Shown in pieces: positions 31,750 through 44,751 of a DNA stretch of 64,000 bases. The stretch lies in contig OZ025786.1 in assembly GCA_964019425.1 (NCBI GenBank), positions 186,001 to 250,000 of the forward strand, given 5' to 3'. The DNA comes from Flectonema sp. DT1601 (lineage: Eukaryota). Positions within the stretch are counted from its first letter, which is position 1; every line of letters begins with the position of its first letter. The position numbers and the translations under genes are program-made. The notes under the pieces are model-generated. The model did no database searches and was not told the origin of the DNA. It saw only the letters and a program-made list of their open reading frames with translations.

Positions 31750-32400
31750 AAAGTAATTTCGTTCACTGGCCAGCTAATCAAAGTCAAGGAAAGAAACAAA
31801 TTAATACAAAACAGGGGATACCCAACATTAGTTACCTTCCCACATGGAGTGAAGGAAGACGATGAGGGAATTATTATCGGAAAGTACAGCGGAGGTCGTG
31901 TTGCGGATGAAATTATCGACTTCGCATCTGTTGAGTTAGATAAGGTTGGAATCGATATCACTGAAATCCAAGAGTTAGTTGACCAGGAGTCTTTCGACCT
32001 TTGCTTGGCTAAGAAGTACTGTGTTGTTTCTCTCCTTCCTCACATTGTTGACACTGGAGCAGAAGGAAGAAATGGATACTTAGAAACCATCAAGACTCTT
32101 GTCAAGACGATGGGAAGATCTAACCCTGCTGGATACACTTGGGTTCAATCAGGAAGCCAGTTCGACTTAGAGGAAGCATTCCAAGCTCAGTCCTACCCAG
32201 GTCTTCTTGTAATTAACAAGGACAGAAGTAGATACGTTATTCACAGAGGAGCGTTTACCGTTCAGGCTTTATCGAAGACTATCAGATCTCTTCAAACTGG
32301 TCGCCTTGCCGCTGAAACCTACAAAACCTTTCCAAAGATCGAAAAGAATGATCCTTGGGACGGAAAGGATTACGTCTACCCTGAAGAGGATGATTTGTAG
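31322..32400 (+). CDS. Protein disulfide isomerase, PDIA6/P5-like with a single active domain; exons 31322-31541, 31632-31698, 31815-32400
   Basis: Signal peptide, YAPWCGHCKSLAPEW, QGYPT after splicing, P5-like C-domain (LLPHIVDTGAEGRN..PWDGKD), C-terminal EDDL. Confidence 0.92.
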
Positions 32401-32755
32401 AAGAGACCTTTATAGGACAGTTTCTTTTCTTTTCTTTTTTTTTTTTTTTCGTGAAAGAAATGCGATAAAAAAACATCAACAACAACAAAAAAAACTTTTT
32501 ATGAATTTGAAGGAAATAAATAAAACAACATAAGAATTAAGGCACATTGTTGCCACTTAATGAGCCTTCTTTTGTTTGAAGTTTGTATTTTACAACAAGG
32601 CGATGGGTAATCGTGAGTCTTTATTTATTATCTCTTGTAGTAAGTTTTTTTATCGTCTTCAGTGTTTGTGACGCAGTTAGGTTCTGGAAGTTGGCACGTC
32701 TCTGTTTCCGACTTCACCCTGCCCCCCACCCCTGTAACTTCTAAGAAAAAAAAAC

Positions 32756-32786
<31 letters not shown>

Positions 32787-33426
32787 AAGCTGAAGACATT
32801 CTTCTTTTTTTTTTTTTTTTTTTATTCCAAAATGTTGTTTATAAACTAAACACAGGAAAATTAAAAAAAAAAAAGTTTAAAAAAAAAGAAAAAAGGAGGA
32901 CTATTCTCTCACATATGCTTGCTTAAAAACCGACTTTGAGTAGCTTTCCAAAACTTTTTTGTTTTGTTATGATATTCATTAGTGAAATTGCTTTGGTGCT
33001 CCTCCTTTCATTGAACCGAACCGCCACCGAACTCCACTTGTGAAAGCAGAAAGAGAGCCTTTATCCTCTCGTTTCGTTCCGCCTTCGATGTGCGAGTTTC
33101 AAAAAAAAAAAAAAAAAAAAAAGAAAACACTTTGAAAAAAAAAAAAAAAAAAAAAAAAAAGAGAGGCGAATTAAAAAGTAATGTATGAGAATTTTGGCAT
33201 TGTTATTCTGCCTATTTTTAGCGGTCGACCTGACGTCTCCAACATGTAGTTTTTTTTTTTTTTTTTTTTTTTTGCTGATAGTGTCGTTGGAATTAGCTAT
33301 CTGTTTTTAATTATTCAAACAGTCTTTTCATCTCCATTAACAGGCGTAGTAATTATGATAATTGGTGACTGTTTCCACGTAGCGTACTGACCCTAGTCAA
33401 TAATACCTTTATATAATCAGATACAC

Positions 33427-34572
33427 ATGAGACTATCACGAATAGCTCACTGCGTGGGTATTTATAGAAGGCCTCTTCCTGATGAATTAATTAGTTTTTC
33501 CTCAGATGAAGGAAAACTAATTTTTAAGGAATCTCTTGGAAGTGGTGGTTGCGAAGGTTATTTTGACCTTGCTGCACAATTTCATACCCAAGATGAGCCA
33601 GCGTATTGTGGACTAGGAAGTTTCACCATGGTAATGAACTCTTTAAACGTTGATGAAGCAGATGTGAGAAAGCGAGCGAGGCATCTCACAGAAACCTCAT
33701 TAGACTTACATATCCCGTTAGAAATTGTACAGCAAAAGGGAATCACTTTTGACGAATTCTCGTGTATGGCCAGACTGAATGGGGCCCATGTCTCAGAATA
33801 TAGAGCCTCTGATACGTCCTATGAGCAATTCATAAATGAAGTTGAGTTGGTCACGGCTGGTGGAGTTAAGAAATCTTTAATTGCGACATTCTCACGGAAA
33901 TACCTTGGACAGACTGGTGATGGTCACTTCTCTCCAATTGCTGCTTATAATCAGAAGAGATCACTTGTTCTTATTTTAGATGTTGCTCGCTTTAAATATC
34001 CACCTTACTGGGTGCGTACTGATCGCATGTGGGAAGCGATGGGACTTCTTGATGAAGAGACAGGTCTCTCAAGAGGTTATTTTTTATTATCAAAAAATAG
34101 AAATCCCAGTGTCAGTGGAATAATGCGAGCTACGATATCATGGGAACTAGTTAGGAATATGGTAACAAAAACTGTTCCGCAACATGTGGGATGTGCTGAC
34201 AGTTATATTGACATAGCCAGAGGAATTCTGGAGGCGATTAATGAAAATAAAACTTTTAAAAATGCGATTTTAAGTACCCACGATGAACAGAACATGACAG
34301 CAGATCAACTTTCTGTATATCAGGAATTAGAGAATGAGATCATGTCAACAGAATTATATTTGGTTGTCTCCAGCTTACCGCAGTCGGCAACCTGGCCGTC
34401 GGCAGCAATATCAACATTGGTAGTCAGTTCCTGGCCTGTATTGGGCGTCAGTATGGTAGCTTCAGAAAAACTATCACCGCCAACTGAGTGCAGACTACTT
34501 GACGACGAATCAAATCTTATGAGGAATCGACTGCTACTCATGTCTGGTCTTAGTTGTGATTGTCACTCCTAG
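33427..34572 (+). CDS. PCS: Phytochelatin synthase (glutathione gamma-glutamylcysteinyltransferase)
   Basis: YRRPLP, QFHTQDEPAYCGL (Cys), QTGDGHFSPI (His), LILDVARFKYPPYWV (Asp). Confidence 0.95.
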   Translation: MRLSRIAHCVGIYRRPLPDELISFSSDEGKLIFKESLGSGGCEGYFDLAAQFHTQDEPAYCGLGSFTMVMNSLNVDEADVRKRARHLTETSLDLHIPLEIVQQKGITFDEFSCMARLNGAHVSEYRASDTSYEQFINEVELVTAGGVKKSLIATFSRKYLGQTGDGHFSPIAAYNQKRSLVLILDVARFKYPPYWVRTDRMWEAMGLLDEETGLSRGYFLLSKNRNPSVSGIMRATISWELVRNMVTKTVPQHVGCADSYIDIARGILEAINENKTFKNAILSTHDEQNMTADQLSVYQELENEIMSTELYLVVSSLPQSATWPSAAISTLVVSSWPVLGVSMVASEKLSPPTECRLLDDESNLMRNRLLLMSGLSCDCHS

Positions 34573-34703
34573 AGGATACAGATTGTTCTTTTTTTTTTTT
34601 TAAAATTTTTTTTGCATTCAATTCGTTAGCCAAAAAAAAAAAAAAAATTCCAACAATCGAATGAAAAATAACACCAATTTCTTATTACAGGTTGGTGGGG
34701 AAC

Positions 34704-35741
34704 ATGTCCATGAGAAGCCAGTCAGCAGAAATAGGACTGACAAGCGATGTGAAGGCCGGACGGCTAGCAGACATGCAGCGAGCTATGGACTTCGACAGTG
34801 ACGAGAAGTGTATGAGAGTGAGATTAATGACAAATAAGATATGCACTGTCTATGAGCGTTCTGTCTCAAAAGAACGAGAAACTGACATCAACACAGGGAT
34901 GAAATGGTTAGAAGGTCAACAAAAACTTCAACAGAATTCACATCTCAGAAGCAACACTTTAAATATTGAAAGACAAGTCTTCAGCGACAAATTTAGAAGA
35001 CTTCGAACAGCAAAAGAAGAACACCTTCGTCAGGTACGTCGAGAAGATGATATTCGAAATCTTAAAAAGAAGGAAACACTTGATTGGGACATAAGACATT
35101 ATTCTCATCAGAGGGAAATGAAATCTGTTTTATCAAATCGATTCAGACAAAATGTACGCAGGGCTGAAACTAGTCTTGCGATTCAAAGAACTAAAGAAAA
35201 GGAAAACCACATCTCAGAAATGAAGAAGACACAGCAGCTATTTGACAAGCAGCGTCAAGCAGAGCATGTTCAAGTTCAGAAATCAAGTCAAAAGTTTCAG
35301 AGAAAGCGAAGTGAGGATGAGCTGCGAGAAAGGTTACGAAAGAAGGAAGCCGAGTCTGCTTTCGATAAAGAGATTTCCCGAATCAAATCAAAAGAATGGC
35401 ATCGAGTTCAGAAGGAACGATCAAATAGTGAAATCCTCACTTCACAGTTTGAGATGTCATCAAAACATCGATCGAAGTCAGTCGACTTGTCTCCCACGAG
35501 TCGTGTTATCGTAAGCCCACCACCTCCTAAACATATTCAAAACGTTGCATACACTCGTCTATTAGGTCGAACTATTGCTGAGCGAGAAGAATTCGTCGAA
35601 CGATCTCTGACTCCTTCTGAATCACCGACCCTGCAAGACTTACAACTAGAACTTCTCACAATCCAAAACAAAACTAAGAAACGTCAGGGAAACAGAGCTG
35701 CTTCCCCTCCTCCTTATGACAGAAGTGCTAAGGGTTGGTAA
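34704..35741 (+). CDS. Hypothetical coiled-coil protein
   Basis: 345-aa R/E/K/Q-rich ORF following an ACAG acceptor-like site. Confidence 0.7.
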   Translation: MSMRSQSAEIGLTSDVKAGRLADMQRAMDFDSDEKCMRVRLMTNKICTVYERSVSKERETDINTGMKWLEGQQKLQQNSHLRSNTLNIERQVFSDKFRRLRTAKEEHLRQVRREDDIRNLKKKETLDWDIRHYSHQREMKSVLSNRFRQNVRRAETSLAIQRTKEKENHISEMKKTQQLFDKQRQAEHVQVQKSSQKFQRKRSEDELRERLRKKEAESAFDKEISRIKSKEWHRVQKERSNSEILTSQFEMSSKHRSKSVDLSPTSRVIVSPPPPKHIQNVAYTRLLGRTIAEREEFVERSLTPSESPTLQDLQLELLTIQNKTKKRQGNRAASPPPYDRSAKGW

Positions 35742-36243
35742 TCCTCCTTAGAAGGGATGCGTTGATCTTTTATAAACTCTTTCAACTTTAGCAAGGAGAC
35801 GACGACATGTTAGATTATGATTTCCATGAGGTCTCTGTGATGAGTTACTTTACTTTATATCTGTTAGTGTCTGTTTTATCAAAACAACGAATCGCCAGAC
35901 AAAGTCTTTCCTCATGTTATTGTATTGTACTACTAAACGAATACTGTGGTGGCTACACGATTATTAATTTATTAATTTCCAACAACAGGTTACTGCTATC
36001 CGAGTTACGAATCTCTTTTTGTGTGGACGGCTTACTATTATCCCCTTCAGGTCTAAGCACCATATTGATGATAAGAGAATAGAGGTAAAGAGGTATAGAT
36101 TACTCTGGAAACCCCAACAGGGTACTTCAACATGCGAGCATCACTACAGTCACTGTAACCTTAGTAGATGTTGTTATGTTAATATAATAAAATTGTGTTT
36201 TACAATTATTCAACCCCCCCCTTTCAAGCTCACCAGGGACAAG

Positions 36244-39200
36244 ATGTCCAAGCAACAGGATATAAAGAGGAAACTGATAGCTCGGAGTGAGAGGGTAAAA
36301 TGTGTAGATCTTCACCCCCGGGAGCCTCTTGTGATCTGTGCTCTGTATTCAGGGCAGGTTACGTTATGGAACTTTGAGACCAGTACGATGGTAAAGTCAT
36401 TCGATATTGTAGAGCAACCTGTTAGATGTGTTCGTTTTGTTCCAAGAATGAATTGGTTTATTTGTGGATCAGATGATTTAATGATAAGAGTTTACAACTA
36501 CAACACGATGGATAAAGTACAAGAGTTTGAAGCTCATCAAGATTACATTAGAGGAGTTGCTATTCATGAGACACTACCACTATTGTTAACTAGTTCTGAT
36601 GACATGACTATTAAAATGTGGGATTGGGAGAAGGGATGGTCAAATATGATGGTCTTTGATGGTCACGTTAACTATGTCATGAATGTCGTCTTTAATCCAA
36701 AAGATCCAAACACATTCGCATCCTCATCACTCGACCGAACGATTAAGGTTTGGAACCGTTCCTCTTACCAGTGCAACTTCACTCTTGAAGGCCATCAAGC
36801 AGGAGTTAACTGCGTTGAGTATTATCCTGGAGGTGATAAACCATATTTGATTTCTGGATCTGATGACCGAACTGTAAAGATATGGGATTACCAAACAAAG
36901 GCTTGTGTTACCACTCTTACTCAACATCAGGGAAATGTAACTTCTGTTTTATTCTTCCCTGACAGACCATTTATCGTAACTGGTAGTGAAGATGAGTCAC
37001 TTTGTATATGGCATCTTCACACTTATAGATTAGAACAGTCTCTTGATTACTGTCTTCACAGAGTTTGGACTCTCTCTGCCAGGTCTGGTAGTAACAAGTT
37101 AGCAATTGGTTGTGATAAGGGAACTGTCGTTATCAGAGTTGGAAAAGAAGTTCCAGTCTTCTCGATGGATAACAATGGAAAGATTCTATTTGCTAATAAC
37201 CATGAAGTTCTTCAAATGAATGCGAGAGGCAATGTCAGTGAAGCAGGTTATGGAGAGAAAATAACACTCGCCTCAAAGGAGATGACTACCTGCGAACAAG
37301 TCCCAAAACGTCTCGAACACAACTCTACTGGACAATACGTCTGCGTGTTAAGTGAAGAAGAGTACACAGTTCACACTACTCTTGCGTGGAGAAATCAGTG
37401 CTTTGGACCTGCTGTTGACTTTGCTTGGGGTACTGAGTCGAAAACATTTGCCGTACTTCAGGACAACAACACTATAAAATTCTTTAAGAATTTTAAAGAA
37501 GTATTCACAGTGACTGACTTTCAGGGTCAGGCTGACAAAATATTTGGAGGAGCGATGTTGGGAGTCCGCAGTGACAGAATCGTCTTCTATGATTGGCGCA
37601 CATTTCTACCAATTAGAACGATCTGTGGACACGTAAAGAGTGTAACATGGAATGACTCAGGGGAACTTGTTTGTCTGACTTCTGATACTCGCTTTTACGT
37701 CCTCAGATTCCACAAAGAGCAGGTCGAAGAAGTTCTCAACAGCGGTGCTCCAATCCCCGAAGAAGGAATCCTCGAGGCTTTCACTCCAATCAACGAAGTT
37801 GAAGATCGCGCCAGACAAACTACCTGGGTGAGCGACTGCTTGATATACGTCAGCAGAACTAACAGACTAAATTATTATATGGGAGGTGAGATCTTTAACT
37901 TAGCTGTACTTGAAAGACCAATGTACCTGTTGGGATACTTACCAAAAGAGAATAGGTTATTACTAACTGATAAGGGAAGGAACATGGTTTCCTACCAACT
38001 CTGTCAGGCTGTTATTGACTTCCAAACTGCTGTTGTACGTGGAGATCTTCAATTAGCTGCTGAATCATACCTTCCAAAGATCCCAGATAATCAAAAGGAT
38101 AAGGTAGCTCAGTTCTTAGACTCTCAAGGACATAAAGAACTCGCTCTGAAGGTCGCAACTGAAGATGAGCACATTTTCAACCTCGCATTGGGTCTTCATA
38201 AGTTAGATATCGCTTCTCGTGTTGCAAACAACAAATTAAAATGGAAGCTTGTTGGAGATCTCGCAATCCAACACGCTGATTTCAAATTAGCTGCTGAGGC
38301 GCTTGCTAAGGTTTGTGTCTTTTATAATCTTACTCACATAACCTTACTTTACTCACATAACCTTACTTTACTCACATACAACATTAACACACAGGGAGAG
38401 GATTACAATGGCTTACTGCTACTCCACTCAAGTACTGGTAACACAGATGGTCTAAGAGAAGTTGTTGAAATGGCAGCTGCAAAGAATAGGTATGTGTCGT
38501 TAGTAAATCATAAACAGAACCTTCTTCTCTTGTGAGGAAGTGTTACTTTAAAACATTACTATCAAAACAGACACAACGTCGCTTTCACTGCCTCATACAT
38601 GCTGGGAGACCTAAAGAAGTGTGTTAACTTATTATGTGAGACTGGAAGAATACCCGAAGCTGGTGTATTCGCCAGAAGTTACATCCCAGAAATGGTGCCT
38701 GAGGTAGTCACAAAGTGGAAACGCTCACTGCGGTCATCGAAGTACGCTGAGGTATGTGTTTGAGTTATTGTAAAGAATTAATTGTGTTTTAGTGAACCTT
38801 TTAAAGAATAAAATAATAAAACTAATCAGGCTATTGCTGATCCAACTGAATTCCCAAACCTGTTTCCAGTTATTGGAAAACTCTTTGAAAAGAAAGAGGA
38901 AGTTGTGGCAGAACCTGAGGAGGAGGAAGCGGCACCAGAACCTGTGAAGCAGCCTGAACCAGAACCGGAACCTGTGAAGCAACCAGAACCGGAACCAGAG
39001 CCAGAACCTGTGAAACAGCCAGAGCCGGAGCCAGAGCCAGTGCCAGAACCAGAACCAGAACCTGTTGAGGAAGAAGTGCAGCCAGAACCAGAACCAGAGG
39101 TGGTGAGGGAACCTGAGCCTGAGCCAGAGGCAGAACCAGAACCAGAACCAGAACCAGTAGTCAAGGATGAAGAACCTGTCGTAGTTTCCAGTCCAACCCC

Positions 39201-39249
39201 TGCTGCAACTGCGGATTTGGACAACCTCTTTGGGTCTGATGATGACTAG
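36244..39249 (+). CDS. COPB2: Coatomer subunit beta' (920 aa); exons 36244-38310, 38395-38489, 38571-38751, 38830-39249
   Basis: [54 protein letters not shown]; three in-frame GT-AG introns; PE-repeat acidic tail. Confidence 0.96.
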
Positions 39250-40967
39250 ATTCCTATCACTTTGGTAGACACCAATCCTTTCTGCCTCACGAAGGTCAAT
39301 TCGTGACTTAGTTGTCACATGTTATTACTGTTGGTGATTCGTTTTTGTTACAAAGATCTGATTATTCCACAAACTCATATTTTAACTGAAATCAGAGATC
39401 CGGGGAGGGGAGGGGGGATGGAGTTGCTGCGTTTTTTTTTCTCTCCTTTCAATTATTTTATTTCCCGTTTTTTCCTCTTTGTTTTTCCTTTTCTTCAAAG
39501 CAGGAAAAGAATGGAACCGCCCTTTTTATCTGAAGTTTGCACTTATTTTCCGCGCTCGGGTTTCTTTTTGGGATTCATGACTGAAATTCATTTGTGTCTT
39601 ACCCGGCGAAAATTCAGAGGAGAACAAGGAGAACAAGGTTTCCCTATTGTGTTGCGGCGCTAAGAAAAAAGAAAAAAAATCACAAAATAGAGAAAGAAAC
39701 AAACAAGACACAAAAAAAAAAAAAAAAAAAAAAAGAAAATGCGAATGAATCCAAGGAGAATAAGGTTTCCCCATTTTTTTTTTTGTTTCTTTTTTTCTTG
39801 ATGTTCAATCAAAAAAAATGGGGAAAAAAAAAAAAAGAAAGAAAGGAAACGACGCCTCACTACAATAAAAGATTATTACAACCGGTTTCGTTTTATTTGT
39901 GGAAAAAAAAAGAAAATAAAAAGAGAGACACAATTTGCTTGATGCCTGCCAACTATCTTCAAATCTACCTGTTCAGCACTGAGGGTACGTTTTTTTGTTT
40001 TTTGTTTGGGCAAACTGGATGAAAGCGCGCCTGGCAGCACGTTTGACTCCGATTTACTTTCTCTTGGCCAGTGGCTTTTTTTTTTTTTTTGAAATTTGAG
40101 ATTTCGCGACTCTCTGCCTCCCACCTTCTTCCCCCTGGTTGTGGTTCCCCTTAACTGAGAGATTTTTTTTTTTTGTTTTTAATATTTTAATTTTTATCCT
40201 TTTTTTTTCTTTTCTTTTTTTCCTAACTTGAGATCTGCCTAAGAAAAAGTTTCCTTTGAGTAAAAAAAAAAAAAAAAAAAAAAACAAGTTTAAAAAGAGA
40301 ACAAAAAAAAAAGGAAAAGAAAAAAGAAACAAAAAAAAAGAAAAAAAAAAGCAGAACAAGAACAAAGCAAACAAAGAAGAAAAATAATAACTCTTTTTGG
40401 TGTCGGGAAGTACTCTGTAGTCGCGTAGTTGAAGTATTTTATTTAAGAAGGTTGCTATGCGCCCGTCTTAATGTTCTGCTGAGTTACCGTGAACTACTGC
40501 TGTCTTGCTGCCATGTTTGCCTTAAAAAGAACTTTTCTAATGAAGTGTTACCTTACTGTTCTCACGCAAATACGAACAGGAGAAGGCAGACTATTGCTTT
40601 GATAGCAGTTGTGAGTGCTGCGACCTCCCCCTCCTCAAGTATTTTATTTGTTCTTTGGAGTTCCCAACTTCCCCGCAGTGTTGAGAGAGATTCTTTTCCT
40701 TCCCCTTTTCACTTCCCAAAGAGAGACAGAGAGAGAGAAACTGAGAGTATGAGTGTTCGTCACCCTGGATTGGCGGAAAACACCTCCGCAGGCACGGCCG
40801 CTTTTTTATTGAGCATCCTTTTTTTTCTTCTTCTTTTTGCTTAACTGAACTTTGTCATTTTGTAAGGTTCAAACTGAACTCTCCATATCTAAAACATGGT
40901 CCATCATTGAGAACTAATATTGCAAAACAAAACAAAACAAAACAAAAAAAACTCAACTGCAAAAGAC

Positions 40968-40998
<31 letters not shown>

Positions 40999-41267
40999 AT
41001 ATAAAAAAAAAAACTAAAATAATAAAAGACATGAAGGTTCGAACGCAACGACTGTGACCTGCCGCGGTGCTTCTTGCGGGACGGGGTGCATGTGAAGAAA
41101 AAAAACTTCCGTCGTGGTGGTTGGTTGTCAGAAAATGATTTTTTTTCCTACATCTTTACAATCCAATTAAAATAACATGACGAGACCGCTACCAGTTCGA
41201 TGTTTATCTCAGAGAGACGCGTATGAGTAAATAATAACTCAAATCAGAATTCAAAAAAAAAAAAAAA

Positions 41268-44200
41268 ATGGAAGAGATTGGCGCCCAACTTGCAATAAAC
41301 GAATATAAAATGTTACTACCGCAAGTAACAGGACAGCGAAAGAGTAATTCAGGTTTTTCAGGTAGAGCTGTTGCTAATAATTTACTACCAAGAGGAGGTA
41401 AGAAATATCCAAAAGGTGATGTCGTGAATCACGTGACGGATAAGGATCCCTATTCAGAATACCCAAACCCTTATGCGAACACGTTAAAAGTTTATTTTTC
41501 ATCGATGGCTAAATATCATCCCAACATAAACACCAATCCTTCTTCAACTGTTAACCTCGCTAACAAAACTCTACCAAGTCCTCCAAAAGGTGGTGGAAAC
41601 GGTCTTCGTTATTTAAATATCAGAAATACAAAAGAACATCTCCAAACAAATATTCAAAAGAATCCAACAAGTGAAAGTGGCGAGAGAGTAGCATCTCCAG
41701 GTGTTACGAGAAGACTTTCTGATTGTTTAGAGTTACTGAGTCAGACTGAGGGTTCACCTAGTCAAGGAAAGACTTTTCTTACGGATCTACATCATCAAGA
41801 ACAAAGACAACAACGAGGATTTGAACAAGTTGGGATTTCAATAGAAAATATGTTCAAAAGACTTCACGCAGATGATCTGAGTGATAAATGGTTAAAAGTA
41901 AGCTGCTGGATTGACCAGTTCTTCAACGACAAGGATTGTTTTCATGTTGCTGCTGTTTGTAGAGAAGGAATCTCTTCGTACTATCAAAGAGATCTTTCGC
42001 ATCAAAGAAAACATCCAAACCCAACAATGACATCTATCGCATGTGCGATTCTAGAGCAATGCATGTCCTTACTTGAGAGACTTCAACCAGTTTTAAGTCC
42101 GGTGTGTCGAGCAGTTTGGAGGGAAATTATTGGAGCGATCTTCTTGCAACCATCTTCTCAAAGAAGAGATCAACATGATGATGAAATATCAGTACCTTCA
42201 TTGATTAATACTTCAGTAGCTGAAGGTGTTGATTTATTATCGAAGAAAGCAGACACTTTTATGTACATGAAACCATACTATGGACTTGTAAGAGACGTAG
42301 CTCATCGAATTGGACAGGCTGAGGATGAGGTTGAGGCTGCAGAAAGACGTCGAGAAAAGCAATCCGCCGCACTGGATCGAGGAATGTCATTTTGGCAAAT
42401 GGAATATCGAAAATTAATATTAAAAGCCTGGAAGATGAATATAAATATGAGAAAGAAACAAACAAATCTTGAATCAACTATCGCAACGACTGAACAAACA
42501 AACCAACACCTCCACAAGCAGATAGATTTGTTGGGTGCGGAAATCTCAAAAATTGAAGATTCTTGCGAGGATCGCATATCTGAATTACGAGATCAGATAA
42601 CTGAATTACAAAAAACTGTTTCTCAACTAGAAGAAGATCACAGGAATGACGCACAACAAAAGTGTGCTTTACATCAAAAGAATCACACAATCACTTTAGA
42701 AGTTGAAGAACTGATGGCAAAGTCAGCAGGGCTAACAAACGACAACCAACGTTATCAAGAAATCCTAAAAGAAACGATCGTAAATTGTATGGAAGGTTCT
42801 CATTGGGAAGTTAAACTTCAACAAGAATTCAACAGTTTTATCGAACCCAACACATCTGAAGACGGATCGGAAGAAGATTGCGGTATCACTGAACAGAAAC
42901 TACTACGGTGGATTAATAATTGCGCTACATCAGCATCTGGTTCTGACACCTATTGCTTAACAGACTTTACTAACGTAATTAAACAACTTGATACGTATGC
43001 CTGTGTGATGCATTATATGTCTCCTAGTCATGTTTCATTAGAGAATATGGAAGAAGTTCATGGTGCTGTAGATGTTTATGAGAAAGCACAATTAGTCATG
43101 TCGTTGTCATCAAAATTTGGTATCGACTTCCCCGTCGATATCGAAGACTTGATAAATCCAAGTGCTGTCCCTCAACATTTATTATTTATAACTTCGTTGT
43201 TTCAGAGATTTGCTGATCCTGCGATGGCGATGAGTTGTTCTCAACCAACTTTGTCGGGTCCAATTAGCGATAGTGACATTCATCCTTTGTGGGAAGAAAT
43301 ACCATCGACACCCGATGGTTGGAAAAAAAGACTTGAACAGGCTTGGACCCGTTCTACTCGATGGAGAGGAGTTGGTGCGACGTCACAAAATATCGCAATG
43401 GAATCTGTTGTCGATAAGTTAGCTGGTAGAACACAAAAAGTTGTTACAGCTCAAGAACGGGTTCTCCGAAGTGAATTCTGCGATGCCCCAGCACAGTCAG
43501 CAGCGATAACCTGTCTACTTCCAAAGAAGGATACTGATAAGGCTTTTCAATTATCTCAAGTCAAAGATAAGTTACAAAATAACTTCAGAGCTTTGAATAA
43601 GATATTCAGCTACTACTCGAGCAGCGACAGTCGATCATGCGACAACGAGATCTCTGCTGATGAAGTATGGAAACTGATAACTGATGCGAAGCTAACAAAA
43701 GTAGTTTCTCGAACAGCTCTTGTAAACTTGTTTAAGAAAAGTAACTCTCAGCTTGGTGCTCCAGGACAAAAAGAAACACTTGGACCTCAGGAGTATTCAC
43801 AATTATTATTACATCTTGCATCAGAGATGAAAGCTGAGGGAGGATTACAAGGAAAGTTAGATTACCTACTAAGAAAACACGTCTTACCACAATGTAACTG
43901 GACTGATGCGAGTGAGTTTAGAGATCGTTTATATAAAACTGATATTCAGAGAGTATTAAAAACTCACAGAGAATTCGCAGCTCAAGTCTTTGGATGGTAC
44001 ATTCAGCAATCGTCAGGCTTAGAACAACGTGGATCAAATAAACCAAAAATGAGGATGGAAACCTTTTGTGACCTCGTATCAGATTTACACATCGTAGACT
44101 CCGTGTTGACACACGAGTCTGTTCGTCAGATATTTCTCCGAATGCAAGATGCTAATAATCCTGATACTTATTTAGAATTTTACGAATTTCTTGAGTGTCT

Positions 44201-44336
44201 TTGTGCATTAGCAGCCTTTAAAAATCCAGCTCCGTACCTCCCCCTCTTTAAGAGGATCGCTCGATTCTTTGAGGTCTGGTTTGTACCTACTTTGAGCACT
44301 CCAGCAATTAAACGTTTCCATAAAAGTGATTTTTAA
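41268..44336 (+). CDS. Large coiled-coil protein with calponin-homology-like and EF-hand-like regions (1022 aa)
   Basis: Central heptads; EQKLLRWINN...LTDF...LLFITSLF resembles a CH domain; C-terminal L.KIFSYYS and LEFYEFLECL resemble EF-hand-like helices. Confidence 0.75.
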   Translation: MEEIGAQLAINEYKMLLPQVTGQRKSNSGFSGRAVANNLLPRGGKKYPKGDVVNHVTDKDPYSEYPNPYANTLKVYFSSMAKYHPNINTNPSSTVNLANKTLPSPPKGGGNGLRYLNIRNTKEHLQTNIQKNPTSESGERVASPGVTRRLSDCLELLSQTEGSPSQGKTFLTDLHHQEQRQQRGFEQVGISIENMFKRLHADDLSDKWLKVSCWIDQFFNDKDCFHVAAVCREGISSYYQRDLSHQRKHPNPTMTSIACAILEQCMSLLERLQPVLSPVCRAVWREIIGAIFLQPSSQRRDQHDDEISVPSLINTSVAEGVDLLSKKADTFMYMKPYYGLVRDVAHRIGQAEDEVEAAERRREKQSAALDRGMSFWQMEYRKLILKAWKMNINMRKKQTNLESTIATTEQTNQHLHKQIDLLGAEISKIEDSCEDRISELRDQITELQKTVSQLEEDHRNDAQQKCALHQKNHTITLEVEELMAKSAGLTNDNQRYQEILKETIVNCMEGSHWEVKLQQEFNSFIEPNTSEDGSEEDCGITEQKLLRWINNCATSASGSDTYCLTDFTNVIKQLDTYACVMHYMSPSHVSLENMEEVHGAVDVYEKAQLVMSLSSKFGIDFPVDIEDLINPSAVPQHLLFITSLFQRFADPAMAMSCSQPTLSGPISDSDIHPLWEEIPSTPDGWKKRLEQAWTRSTRWRGVGATSQNIAMESVVDKLAGRTQKVVTAQERVLRSEFCDAPAQSAAITCLLPKKDTDKAFQLSQVKDKLQNNFRALNKIFSYYSSSDSRSCDNEISADEVWKLITDAKLTKVVSRTALVNLFKKSNSQLGAPGQKETLGPQEYSQLLLHLASEMKAEGGLQGKLDYLLRKHVLPQCNWTDASEFRDRLYKTDIQRVLKTHREFAAQVFGWYIQQSSGLEQRGSNKPKMRMETFCDLVSDLHIVDSVLTHESVRQIFLRMQDANNPDTYLEFYEFLECLCALAAFKNPAPYLPLFKRIARFFEVWFVPTLSTPAIKRFHKSDF

Positions 44337-44751
44337 GAATACGAATTCTGTAAAGTAAGTTACACCTGAGTTAGTAATTCTATTCTTTTACAAGAAGGGG
44401 TTGTTGACAAATTATTATTATTTTTTTTTTAAAACTACTTATTTAGTTAAGGATTTTGATCTTTTTTTTAGTAGGAGTTTGTTCTCGTTATCTTTAACAA
44501 GTTTTCAGGACTAGAATTGATCGGACTCAAAGTAATTATTACTCTTTAGTAATTTAATTATTTCATTTTCATATGATATATCCAGGAAACAGAAAAAAAA
44601 AAAAAAAAGAGATTGGGAAAAGCGCTCTGTGTTACATAGACAGGTTGAACCAACAAATTCAAAAAAAAAAAAAAAAGTTGGCGTTTTCTTACGCTTAATA
44701 TAATCAATTCATTTTTACCACAAGGAATATCGAAGTACCAAAGGAGTTGAA

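Noticed and set aside
36019..36243. N-terminal extension of beta'-COP
   Set aside because: Starts at TTG; family homology begins at ATG 36244.
39319..40844. Poly-K/poly-F ORFs here and in other intergenic regions
   Set aside because: Products of A/T homopolymer runs with no coding signal.
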